Shown here one piece after another: positions 50,973 to 60,723 of a stretch of DNA of 64,000 nucleotides. The DNA comes from Bdellovibrionales bacterium (GTDB lineage: Bacteria; Bdellovibrionota; Bdellovibrionia; Bdellovibrionales; UBA1609). The stretch spans positions 64,001 through 128,000 of the forward strand of contig CBDHDF010000011.1 in assembly GCA_965261545.1 (NCBI GenBank). The letters are read 5' to 3'. The position numbers were made by a program, and so were the translations under genes. The notes below the pieces were generated by a model. The model was not told the origin of the DNA and did no database searches. It saw only the letters and a program-made list of their open reading frames with translations. The stretch's first letter is position 1; every line of letters begins with the position of its first letter.

Positions 50973-52739
50973 GTGCAACAGTGGTTACTTAGGGATGGTG
51001 GGTCCTGTGAGTCCCGTCGAGAGCCCCCCCGGCCTATGCCTTCTATTATTTGGCAAATTCTTCGAGGACGCGGAGTTCAAACTCAAAAAGATGTTGAAGC
51101 TCTTTTTTCTCCCAAAATGACAAGTCTTGCCGACCCTTTTTCCCTCGATCAAATGGACATTGCTATAGAACGGCTGGTGAAAGCTCGAAATCAAGGGGAG
51201 GTTGTTGGCATTTACGGTGACTTTGATCTGGACGGAACACCGGCTGTGGCTTTGCTTAAAAGGGGATTGGAGCTTCTGGGTTTTTCATTTATTCCCTGTT
51301 ACCAGCCCCGTCGACTGAGGGAGGGATACGGCTTTCATCCACTTGGTGTCGATGTCCTCCACTCTCAAGGGGCTTCGCTGATTGTGACTGTGGATGTAGG
51401 AACCACAGATGTGAAAACGGTGGATTACGCCAAACAAAAGGCTGTGGATGTCATTGTGACTGACCATCATCTTCCCAAGGAAAAGCTCCCCGAGGCCCTA
51501 GCCATTATTAACCCTAATAAGGGCACTTGCCCCTCAGGGTTGACTTACTTTTGTGGCACAGGTGTGGCTTTTTATATGGTCTTGGCTTTAAGAAAGCGCC
51601 TTAGAGAACTAGATATTCTCAGCAATGACTTTAACCCCAAGGAGTTACTGGACTGCTTTGCCATTGGAACACTCACAGATATGGTTCCCTTAATCAAGGA
51701 AAATCGTGTTCTCGTTAAGCACGGACTTATTCAATTACAGAAGACCCAGCGTCCTGGCCTTCATGCTCTTCTTCAAAAGTTGGGTTTAAATGGAAGACCC
51801 ATTTCAAGCCAGAGTGTCTCCATGCGCTTTGCCCCCAAACTCAATGCCCTTAGCCGTATGGATACAGACACTTTACCCTTGGATATATTTTTAGAGACCA
51901 ATCCCTTAAAGGCTCAGAACCTTACCTCACAGATGCTCAAGGTCAATGAGGAAAGGGCTCGTAGACAAAAACTTGCTGAGCGAGTGGCTGAAGCTCAAAT
52001 GAAAGAGCGGAAACAAAATGGCTACTTATGGGTTTGGTCTGAGGATTTTCACATGGGTGTGGTGGGTTTAGTGGCGAACCAACTGGCTCATCGCTATGGC
52101 GTTCCCACCTTTGTGGGCGCTGTTCGTGAGAGTGGGCAAGTGGTGGGTAGCAGCCGTCGCCCCAAGGGGCACTCCGTAAATCTTTTAGATGCTTTGGGCG
52201 CGGCCCATGGGGTGTTGGATCGCTTTGGGGGGCATGCTCCGGCTGCGGGTTTTGAGCTGAATTTAGAGCATGTTGAATCTTTCAACCAAAAAATTGGTGA
52301 ATTTTATGCCTCCCATGGGGAGAAGGCAGGGGTGCTTGAAAAAACGATTTACTTTGATGCCAGAGGCTCCTTGTCAGAGATCAATTCTCATTTTATGGGT
52401 TGGTATGAGGGGCTTGAACCCTTTGGGATGGATTTTGAAGTTCCTATCATTAAATTTGAAAATACTGTCGTTGACCAGCAAAGTATTTTGAAGGGAGAGC
52501 ATTTAAAATTGCATATTCGAGAGGGACAAGCCACCACTATGGAAGCCATTTGGTTTTTTCCACCTAAAGATAAACTCAATGAAGATTTTGGAGGAAGGTC
52601 TGTAGAGTTTCTCGCCACTCCCCAGTGGAATCATTTTATGGGTCGCAAACGCTTACAGCTTGTGGTAGAGGAGCTTAGGCTATCGTCAAATGGCACAAAT
52701 AAAACTAATTTATCAGTTGATTCTTCGGCATACGTGTAA
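50973..52739 (+). CDS. recJ: ssDNA-specific exonuclease RecJ
   Basis: IYGDFDLDG, TVDVG, TDHH, FGGHAPAAG, LEPFG. Confidence 0.94.
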   Translation: MQQWLLRDGGSCESRREPPRPMPSIIWQILRGRGVQTQKDVEALFSPKMTSLADPFSLDQMDIAIERLVKARNQGEVVGIYGDFDLDGTPAVALLKRGLELLGFSFIPCYQPRRLREGYGFHPLGVDVLHSQGASLIVTVDVGTTDVKTVDYAKQKAVDVIVTDHHLPKEKLPEALAIINPNKGTCPSGLTYFCGTGVAFYMVLALRKRLRELDILSNDFNPKELLDCFAIGTLTDMVPLIKENRVLVKHGLIQLQKTQRPGLHALLQKLGLNGRPISSQSVSMRFAPKLNALSRMDTDTLPLDIFLETNPLKAQNLTSQMLKVNEERARRQKLAERVAEAQMKERKQNGYLWVWSEDFHMGVVGLVANQLAHRYGVPTFVGAVRESGQVVGSSRRPKGHSVNLLDALGAAHGVLDRFGGHAPAAGFELNLEHVESFNQKIGEFYASHGEKAGVLEKTIYFDARGSLSEINSHFMGWYEGLEPFGMDFEVPIIKFENTVVDQQSILKGEHLKLHIREGQATTMEAIWFFPPKDKLNEDFGGRSVEFLATPQWNHFMGRKRLQLVVEELRLSSNGTNKTNLSVDSSAYV

Positions 52740-53481
52740 ACTGCCACACTGTGGCTGGGGGCAAATTGAACGTAGCAAAGGCCACCCGTTGACCTCTTAA
52801 GTTCATATTCTTGTAGGGCACAGGAGATGACAGGCCATAGGAGTATTGTATTAAGAAGCCCCGCTCTGATAGCACGCAAAATATAGCTTTCAATATCTCA
52901 TGGCGTTCTTGACGCGGCAAGCTCTTCAAGGGCAGCGAGGAAACCACCGTGGAAATTTTTCCTAGGGACTGGGTCGGTAGAATTTCTTTGAGGCATTTGG
53001 CATCCGAATGCAGCACTGTCGCCTTTGGGAAATGCTCTTTCAGCCAAGTATATAGCTGTTCATCCCTTTCTACCAATACAAGGCTTTCTTCAGAGATGCC
53101 AGACTCCAACAGGGCTCGGGTCACAGAACCCGTGCCAGGGCCAAGTTCCACAATAAGTTCATTTTGATTGTCGTCTTGTTGAGTTTGAGTTGCAGAAATG
53201 CCTAGAGTACTTCCTCTTGTTTGTGCGTCTTGTTCAATCGTCTTCGTTTGTATATCTTGTTTAATCTGTGCGTCTTGTTTAATTCTCTGTATGTCTTCTT
53301 GCATGGATTCTTGTGCGGCCTTCGCCTGTGCAGTCTGTGCGGCCTGCGCCATGGAGTGGGTGAGGGCGGGAGAGCTGGGTGCAATGGCACCCACTCTTAA
53401 AGGGCTTGCTAACCAACGCCGAAGAAAGAACAGCCACTCCATGCCCCAGCGAGGTATAAAACCACGGCCTCCTAACCCCAT
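52705..53481 (-). CDS. Phospholipid N-methyltransferase (PmtA-like) class I SAM methyltransferase
   Basis: WLASPLRVGAIAPSS, VELGPGTGSVT, VSSLPL, QYSY, NLPPATVW. Confidence 0.8.
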   Translation of the reverse strand: MGLGGRGFIPRWGMEWLFFLRRWLASPLRVGAIAPSSPALTHSMAQAAQTAQAKAAQESMQEDIQRIKQDAQIKQDIQTKTIEQDAQTRGSTLGISATQTQQDDNQNELIVELGPGTGSVTRALLESGISEESLVLVERDEQLYTWLKEHFPKATVLHSDAKCLKEILPTQSLGKISTVVSSLPLKSLPRQERHEILKAIFCVLSERGFLIQYSYGLSSPVPYKNMNLRGQRVAFATFNLPPATVWQFTRMPKNQLIN

Positions 53482-53770
53482 AATAATGATTTCGTTACAG
53501 ATGGTCTCGGGGGGGGAGGAGGAAGGGGGAGAAAACCCTTTGAGATTCGCTTTTCCAAAGACCTAGGGAAAAGCTCTTCTTGACTCTTCTTGGACTCATG
53601 AACAATCATGCCTCATGCTATGTCAAAATAGCTATTTCGTCCACTATCATTTTGAGCAGATTTTTAATACTCAAAGTGTCCCCATTCAGTTCTCATGTAT
53701 GCTGTGCCAACTGGATATTCTGGAGTTTGGGGACAACGGCTACTAATGACTCAGTGAAGGAGTTTCAAGA

Positions 53771-55045
53771 GTGAAGCGCAAAGCCCAGTGGGCTATTTTT
53801 TTAACTGTCTTTATAGATCTCGTTGGCTTTGGAATGGTAATTCCCCTTCACCCCTACTTGGCTCGCAAATTTGGGGCTGACCCCCTTCAAGTGGGCCTTC
53901 TTATGGCCATTTACTCCATGCTACAATTTTTGTTTTCTCCGTTTTGGGGAAGGTTGAGCGACAGGATAGGGCGTCGCCCTGTTTTGCTAATAAGCCTGAT
54001 GGGCTCGACACTTTCTCACCTCGCTTTTGGCTTAGGTAGTGAACTTTGGGTTTTGTTTGCCGCAAGAGGATTGGCAGGACTCTTTGGAGCCAATATCTCA
54101 ACAGCCATGGCCTACATGGCAGACACTTCGACTCACAAAGAGAGGTCTAAGTCCATGGCTTTTATTGGAGCTGCTTTTGGATTGGGATTTACTTTGGGTC
54201 CCTTTATGGGGGGGCTGTTCATTCAAATTGGAAACGCCCTTGGAGTTGCAGCCCCATATGGCAGCCATTTTGCGGCCATTGCAGCTTCTACGATTTGCTT
54301 TTTTAATTTTTTAATGACTTATTTTTTTCTCCCTGAAAGTCACAAAAGCCATACCTCTAAAAATCATGCTTCTCAAAACCGTACCTCTCAAAAGGTGCTT
54401 TCGCATTCCTCCCGCCTTGGTCTTCTCCTGCGCCAATTAAGAAAAAAGACAGTGGGTTCCTTGATGTTGAGTTTTTTTCTTTATTCTCTTGCCATGGCCA
54501 ATATGGAGATTCCCCTCTTTTTATACATCCAAGACCATTTTCATTGGACGTCAGAAAAAGCTAGCTATGGCTTTGCCTACCTAGGGTTTATTCTTGCCAT
54601 GACTCAAGGTTATTTTGTACGCCAGTGGTTGCCCCGGTGGGGGGAGCGTCGCGTTCTTATTATGGGACTTCTCCTTGGAGCCCTAAGCTTTGGAATGGTT
54701 GCTTTATCCCAGCACCTATGGATGCTGGCTATAGCTGTCACGCTCATGGGTTTGGGTGTGGGGCTTGTCAGCCCTTGCATAAATGGTTGTGTGAGCTTAC
54801 TGACTCATGAGAGTGAGCAAGGGGAAGTCCTTGGAATCAACCAAAGCCTTTCAGCATTGGGACGAATTTTGGGTCCAGCTTTGGGGGGATGGCTCTACAA
54901 GACCATGGGTTCCAAGGTTCCCTTTGGGGTGGCCTCTGGTCTTATGCTTATGGCCACTCTCGTCATTCTCAGCCAATTTAAGCACATACCATATGTAGCG
55001 GTGAAGGGAGCTAGGGGAGAAAAAAGAGGTACTTCAGAAGTATAG
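53771..55045 (+). CDS. MFS efflux transporter (TetA/DHA1-like)
   Basis: DLVGFGMVIP, WGRLSDRIGRRPVLL, GFTLGP. Confidence 0.9.
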   Translation: MKRKAQWAIFLTVFIDLVGFGMVIPLHPYLARKFGADPLQVGLLMAIYSMLQFLFSPFWGRLSDRIGRRPVLLISLMGSTLSHLAFGLGSELWVLFAARGLAGLFGANISTAMAYMADTSTHKERSKSMAFIGAAFGLGFTLGPFMGGLFIQIGNALGVAAPYGSHFAAIAASTICFFNFLMTYFFLPESHKSHTSKNHASQNRTSQKVLSHSSRLGLLLRQLRKKTVGSLMLSFFLYSLAMANMEIPLFLYIQDHFHWTSEKASYGFAYLGFILAMTQGYFVRQWLPRWGERRVLIMGLLLGALSFGMVALSQHLWMLAIAVTLMGLGVGLVSPCINGCVSLLTHESEQGEVLGINQSLSALGRILGPALGGWLYKTMGSKVPFGVASGLMLMATLVILSQFKHIPYVAVKGARGEKRGTSEV

Positions 55046-55120
55046 CTTAAAAGTATAGCTCAGGAAGCCATAATCCAGAACTATAATCCAGTATTTTTTT
55101 TGAAGAAGTGGGGATTCACT

Positions 55121-56257
55121 ATGACATTAGAATCAACCAGCTCCAGTTCCAATTTTGGCTCCAGCTCCAAAGTAGGACGAAAGCCTGCCTTAAAAAAACT
55201 CTACCTTCTTATTAACTTAGGCACGCCGGAGGCTCCAACGTCTCAAGCCATAGCTCCTTTTCTCAGGGAGTTCTTAAATGATCCCTTGGTCATAGATATT
55301 CCCGCTTTTTTGAGGTGGATTCTTGTCAATATTGTGATTGTTCCTCGGCGATCAAAAAAAATAGTAAATGCCTACAAAAGTATTTGGACCGAGAGGGGGT
55401 CTCCTTTAAGACGCCATACAGAGGAACTTACTCAGGCATTACAAGAGAAGGTGGAGTCAGATGCCTCAAGTACTTCAGATGCTTCAGATATTGAGGTCAG
55501 GTGGGCCATGCGCTACGGTTCTCATAACATCGAAAGTGCTTTAAAAGACATCGATCCCCATAGGGAGATTAAGGCTCTGCCCCTATACCCCCAATATGCT
55601 CTCTCGTCTACACAGTCCAGCATGGATGCATTGAAAGCTGCGGTGAAAAAGTTAAGACTCACCAACAGGGTCCAATTTCTCCCTTATTTTTACAATGACA
55701 ATGGATTTCTCTCTGCCTATGCAGAGGTCTTTAAAAAACATGCCCCTTCTCGATGGGATCATATTTTATTTAGTTTTCATGGACTTCCCCTGCGCCATCT
55801 TATAAAAATAGCTCCTGCAGGAAGCCCTTGTTCTCTTAAACCCAACTGTTGTGATTCCGAGAAATCGAGCGCTCCTTTAAGTGCCCCTTTATGCTACCGG
55901 GCCCAATGTTATCGCTCTGCCCAAGGCATTGCCAATAAACTTGCTCTCCCGAAGGATAACTATACGGTCTCATTTCAATCAAGACTGGGGCGAGCCCAGT
56001 GGATTCAGCCCTACACGGATATGTGGTTGAAGGGAGCTACTGGTCGCGGAGTGAAGGACCTTGTTGTTCTTTGTCCCTCCTTTGTCGCCGACTGCTTAGA
56101 GACCTTGGAAGAAATTAATGTTCGCGAACGACAAAGGTTCCAAGACATGGGGGGGAGGTCCTTAACGCTGATTCCCTGTCTCAACAGTGATGATATTTGG
56201 GTGAATGCCGTCAAAAATCTATTGACTCAGCAGGGGGGAGATTGGAAAAGTCTTTAG
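55121..56257 (+). CDS. hemH: Ferrochelatase
   Basis: NLGTP, PLYPQY, FSFHGLP, FQSRLG, FVADCLETLEE. Confidence 0.95.
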   Translation: MTLESTSSSSNFGSSSKVGRKPALKKLYLLINLGTPEAPTSQAIAPFLREFLNDPLVIDIPAFLRWILVNIVIVPRRSKKIVNAYKSIWTERGSPLRRHTEELTQALQEKVESDASSTSDASDIEVRWAMRYGSHNIESALKDIDPHREIKALPLYPQYALSSTQSSMDALKAAVKKLRLTNRVQFLPYFYNDNGFLSAYAEVFKKHAPSRWDHILFSFHGLPLRHLIKIAPAGSPCSLKPNCCDSEKSSAPLSAPLCYRAQCYRSAQGIANKLALPKDNYTVSFQSRLGRAQWIQPYTDMWLKGATGRGVKDLVVLCPSFVADCLETLEEINVRERQRFQDMGGRSLTLIPCLNSDDIWVNAVKNLLTQQGGDWKSL

Positions 56258-56273
56258 ATAAAGTTCTATTAAA

Positions 56274-56325
56274 AAGAGCTCCTAGATGAGGGAGTCTAGG
56301 TAGACTCCCTCATCTAGGAGCTCTT
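56274..56325. repeat. Perfect 25-bp inverted repeat with 2-nt spacer
   Basis: aagagctcctagatgagggagtcta-gg-tagactccctcatctaggagctctt. Confidence 0.95.
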
Positions 56326-56369
56326 GGGGTGAAATATCCTGAGAAGTTCTAAACTTTTATAATTCACAG

Positions 56370-56443
56370 GGTGGCGTAGCCAAGTGGTTAGGCACCGGAT
56401 TGCAAATCCGTGAACGCCGGTTCGAATCCGGCCGCCACCTCCA
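56370..56443 (+). tRNA. tRNA-Cys(GCA)
   Basis: Acceptor GGTGGCG/CGCCACC, anticodon loop TTGCAAA, GGTTCGAATCC T-arm, U discriminator and encoded CCA; TATAAT at 56358. Confidence 0.96.
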
Positions 56444-56775
56444 AAATTCGGCAATGGTTTTTTGCAGATTTTTGAAATCAGACTTAACTATTTGAAATAA
56501 CTATCAAATGGTTTCAATGAGTTAGCTCTCACTCATTCTCTATGACATTTCTCAGCATTCCCCAAAATTTCCACCATTTGCTAATTTTGGCTAAGTGTTT
56601 GGCTAAGACCGTAGCAGGGTCATTTTTTCAGGGTATCGTAGCAGCATTTTCTTCCTAACCAACTGAATTCTCTAACAAAAATTTGCAACACCCGCCTAGC
56701 AGAAATGGATACTTTTCAGTGAGGCAGGGGATTGCACAACAGGGGCTACGAATCTTAACCCCAAGGAGGCAAGCA

Positions 56776-57411
56776 ATGGGAAACGACGGAAAGATTGACG
56801 CACTTACCCTGAAGGTGTTGCGTGAAATTCGGGACTTAAGCCGTAAAGAAGCAGGTGTTCTTTTGGGCTTAAACCATAAGACGATTGCAAAACTTGAGAG
56901 TGGGAGGGCCATCCTGCACCGGAGCCGAATTGAAAAAACGGTGAAGGCTTATGACCTTACCTACGAGGACTTTTTGTCATGTCGTGAGGGCAAAAGTGAA
57001 CAAATTCAAAAGAGATTTTGTCACAAAAAAGCACAGATCATTGGTAACAATAAGAGGGGTATTGGTAACAATAGGGAGCGACGCTTTAACAAACGGATCA
57101 TCACCAAAGAAGCTCAGGTCTTAAAGGTTTTAAGGAAGCTCAAAAGATTCAGTCAACGCAAAGCCAGCCTTGTTTGTGGTTATCACAAGACAGCCATTTG
57201 CTTCATTGAAAATGGCCGAGTTGAACTTCATTCAGACAAAATAGCTCACATTGTGAAGTCCTATGGATTCACAATGGAAGACTTTGAATATCATATGAAG
57301 TCCGATGCTTTTGTCACAGATATTCAAGATGAGTGCATCTCCATTATAAGAAAATTAGACGAAAAGAAGCTCAAGGCTGTTCATCCCTTACTGCTCAACT
57401 TTAAATCGTAA
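56776..57411 (+). CDS. Tandem double XRE/HTH_3 transcriptional regulator
   Basis: LKVLREIRDLSRKEAG...IAKLESG and LKVLRKLKRFSQRKAS...ICFIENG; AAGGAGG RBS. Confidence 0.85.
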   Translation: MGNDGKIDALTLKVLREIRDLSRKEAGVLLGLNHKTIAKLESGRAILHRSRIEKTVKAYDLTYEDFLSCREGKSEQIQKRFCHKKAQIIGNNKRGIGNNRERRFNKRIITKEAQVLKVLRKLKRFSQRKASLVCGYHKTAICFIENGRVELHSDKIAHIVKSYGFTMEDFEYHMKSDAFVTDIQDECISIIRKLDEKKLKAVHPLLLNFKS

Positions 57412-57499
57412 TTTTGGGATGAATCTATTTTTAGAGAGAAATGCTTACTTTTCATTGGCGACGGTGGAGCATGTTAATTGTGCAAAATTTCAGCTAACA

Positions 57500-57856
57500 G
57501 CTGGGGATTTGGATATTGTTGGAAGTTTCCCCAAGCATTTTTTCCACATTATAGTTTTTATTGTCGATCAACATTCCTTTTTCCAATTCATCTCCCCATA
57601 CTAACACCACCAAGATGAGTTAGTTATCCACAGACTCATCCATGGCGACGCTGCGGTATGGCCCTCGGGGAGCCACAATAAAGCAGCGCTGCTGTGGGTG
57701 AGTCTTGTGGATAACGGTGCGCTCTCCATACAAGTGTTTTGGTAGCCCTGTCCTCCGTATTTTTATGTACAAATCTTAGAAATAACTTGTACATCCAGTT
57801 TTTCGTTACTTCCCTAGGGAATTTGGACCTAGGCTCCGAGAAAGTAGGATATAGCC
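57500..57856 (+). mobile_element. Degenerate remnant of the same ISL3 (last codons plus right end)
   Basis: Diverged reverse-complement match to 11623-11977, ending ...GGATATAGCC. Confidence 0.9.
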
Positions 57857-57908
57857 GATTTTTCTGATTACTCTCAGTTCAAAGGCCCCCTTAGAGACGA
57901 TGGGGCGG

Positions 57909-58424
57909 TTACTTTTTCTTTGGAGGGATGTCTGAAGAAGCATCTGAGTGTAAAGAGTCTCTGGAAAGATAACGGTGCAAACTTTCAAGATTCAGACTTG
58001 AGAGGTGTGGAACATCCGAGTGTAAAGGGTCTTTGGAAAGATAACCCATAGCTTCAAAATATGAGATAACGAGACTATTGCTCATACTCTTGATAAGTTG
58101 GCCGATGAGATCCAGTTCATTTTGGTTCTTGGTTTCCTTTGCGGTCTCCGATATTTCGATTTGAATGCCATCGTCGCTGAGAGAAACATGGACTATATCA
58201 TCACGGTCGGCCCCATAGCGACAAGACATGCCCTTTTGAAATTTTTCTTTGAAGAACTTGTACTCATCTTGCTTGGTAAACTCCTCCATAGCTTTAGAGG
58301 TCTCTAACCGAGACAAAACACTTCTACGAATGCGGTCAACAAACTCTTTTTTCTCTGAAACTGTTCTGAAGGGTTGCTCCCCCAGTTTTTGTTTAGCCGA
58401 ATTACTTTTTTGCCTTGTTACCAT
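57909..58424 (-). CDS. Hypothetical protein
   Basis: 171-aa ORF; internal duplication YLSKDPLHSD / YLSRDSLHSD. Confidence 0.55.
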   Translation of the reverse strand: MVTRQKSNSAKQKLGEQPFRTVSEKKEFVDRIRRSVLSRLETSKAMEEFTKQDEYKFFKEKFQKGMSCRYGADRDDIVHVSLSDDGIQIEISETAKETKNQNELDLIGQLIKSMSNSLVISYFEAMGYLSKDPLHSDVPHLSSLNLESLHRYLSRDSLHSDASSDIPPKKK

Positions 58425-59306
58425 GACTTAACTTAATCACAATATAAACTAAGAGTCATTGATAATTGTCCAAAATCAGTGGTTCCCTTCATTCATTTTT
58501 TCCTTGGACTAACTTCAATAGGGAAAGACATGTGAACCTTAGTTCCATAACCCTCACAGCTTTCCAAAGAGACCCACCCCCCATGTAATTCAGTGAAATA
58601 CCTGACAAAATAGAGTCCAAGCCCCGTGCCTTTGGTTGAACTGATGTGCTGGGGAGACCTATAGTATTTTTGGAAGACTTTTTTGCAATCAACTTTGCTA
58701 ATACCAGAACCTTCATCAATGATATCGACCAAGACTTGATTGTCCCGGAGGGGAGGGCAAACCAGGCCATTTGTGGGCGGGCAAACCAGGCCATTTAAAA
58801 TTTAATATCTGACAAGGCGTATTGTAAAATACCTTCTAGAAAACAACCTGGGAGGGAAGGATGAACGTCTTGAATAAACAAAAACAAGAAGAGATATTAA
58901 CATTAATTATAGCAGGTCACTCATTTCGTAAAATAGCGAAAAGGCTACATGTAGGTCGATCTACGGTTTCAGAGTATGCGAAAGCCCATAGGGTCATTGC
59001 CAAAAAGGGGCGTACAGGAGGTATAGAGCCAAAATCTCCAGCCTTTTCGGTGTGCTCAGAAGCAGAGTCATGTTCATCTTCATGTTCTCCTGAAATTTGC
59101 TCTGCGGAGCCTCCAAGCCTTCCTGTGGCCCAGTTCGAAAAGCCCAAGGAAGTTTCGGCCTCCTCCACAGAATTCAATCAGCAGGTTCTTCTAGGGGAAG
59201 CCACACCCCCCTTAGAAACGCCTCCATCTTCCCCTATAGGATCAGCTCAGCGTGTCTTGTCGTGTCTGATGGGGCTTCCATGCACTCCTCCGCCTGCCTC
59301 ATGCGC

Positions 59307-60723
59307 CAATGCCGTTTCCTTAAGCCACCACACCCCTCTGCCTCTGCGTTAAGCTATTTCTTTTAAAAGAACTCCCAGCCCTTTTGATAGACCTTTCATA
59401 GCTTCTTTTGAAGTGCCTCCTCTTCTCCATTGAAATCTTCATCAGCAACTTTATCTGCTTCCTAAATTTCTGATAGAGCCCCGCAACAAAAAGGGGGATG
59501 CTATCCATTATGAAATCAAGAATCAGTTTAAAGTTAGGTTTTTTGTAGTCATTTTTTACCAACTGATTCACACTGTCTTCATCCTCATTTATGCTCATTT
59601 GAATCTTTGTATAATTGAAGAGCCAAAAATAAGAATACAGCTCTTGCAATATTCCATTAAGGCTTGTTGAGTGCCACTGCTCCATTTTCATTGTCGATGT
59701 AAAATCACGAAATGTCGTTTCTATTTCCCAACGACGAGAGTAAAGAGCAACCATATCCTTCTTGTCCAAGGAGCCATGCGGAAGATTAGTGGCCAAAACA
59801 GAGAACTCCCCAGTCTTTGGGTTTTTATACTTATAGAGATGAATGACCACCCCCTCAATAACCATTTGTGAATACCAACCTGGGCCATTAAATAAATTTA
59901 CGATGGGGATAAAAGTAGAGCCTCGCTTACAACGCGCAATAAAGAAGTTACTGGCTTGAGCATGGGCCTTAATAATCTCTGTAGATAAATAAAGCCTATC
60001 GTAGAGAGTTATGCTATTACTCTCAAAACTACCTATCATTTGAATAGCATTGGCGATTTCGTTGAGAGCGGGAGAATAGCAAAGATTCTTTGTCACACCC
60101 GATAAAACGTCATAAGCATGAGATAGATACATACGTAAGAAATGAGTTTCCATCTCATTTGGGCAAGGGTACCCACAATAACCCTCCTTTAAAAGATCTT
60201 TAGAGCGAGGAAGTGCTAATTGGTCGCCATCTATGGCATAGATATAAAAACCATGAAACGTTTTTCTCAATGGTTCGTAGTCTGTAATCAGAGATTCAAA
60301 GATATCTTTGAAAAATAGGTAAGAAATACTTTGACGTATCTTGCTGAGACTGCTTTTGACTGGCATGAGAAGCAGGTCACCAAAATAAGTCCATACCGTC
60401 TTAAGAGCGATTTGGTAGCCTTCGTAATTTGTTCCTGAAATAAGATAGATAATGGTAAAAAAGAAAATTTGAGGATTAAATTTTCGATTCCTTTTTTGTT
60501 TTTCTGGATCGACAAGGTGCTCTGGCTTGAAGGAAGAATCAAGTTTTGGTAGAATAAAATGGTCATCTGTGACGCGAACTCGTCATTTGGGGGCTTTCGA
60601 GATCAATATTGGATTGCATGTGACTTACTCCTTGGTTGAGGGTTGGGTGTAAAATAAAACAAGTCTTATTCTTGTCGATTTATCTAATAATTTCAAGAGA
60701 TTTTTCTTAAGGAAACGGCATTG
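59307..60723 (-). mobile_element. IS4 family element, copy 2 (1417 bp)
   Basis: Same IRs as copy 1; 10-bp TSD CCTCATGCGC (59297-59306 / 60724-60733). Confidence 0.95.
59320..60366 (-). CDS. IS4 family transposase (frame stays open upstream to ~60582)
   Basis: Differs from 10457-11503 by one residue in the ORF track (N/D). Confidence 0.9.
   Translation of the reverse strand: MPVKSSLSKIRQSISYLFFKDIFESLITDYEPLRKTFHGFYIYAIDGDQLALPRSKDLLKEGYCGYPCPNEMETHFLRMYLSHAYDVLSGVTKNLCYSPALNEIANAIQMIGSFESNSITLYDRLYLSTEIIKAHAQASNFFIARCKRGSTFIPIVNLFNGPGWYSQMVIEGVVIHLYKYKNPKTGEFSVLATNLPHGSLDKKDMVALYSRRWEIETTFRDFTSTMKMEQWHSTSLNGILQELYSYFWLFNYTKIQMSINEDEDSVNQLVKNDYKKPNFKLILDFIMDSIPLFVAGLYQKFRKQIKLLMKISMEKRRHFKRSYERSIKRAGSSFKRNSLTQRQRGVVA

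Noticed and set aside
53771..55045. Tetracycline resistance gene
   Set aside because: Generic DHA1 MFS in core context with no tetR; substrate cannot be inferred
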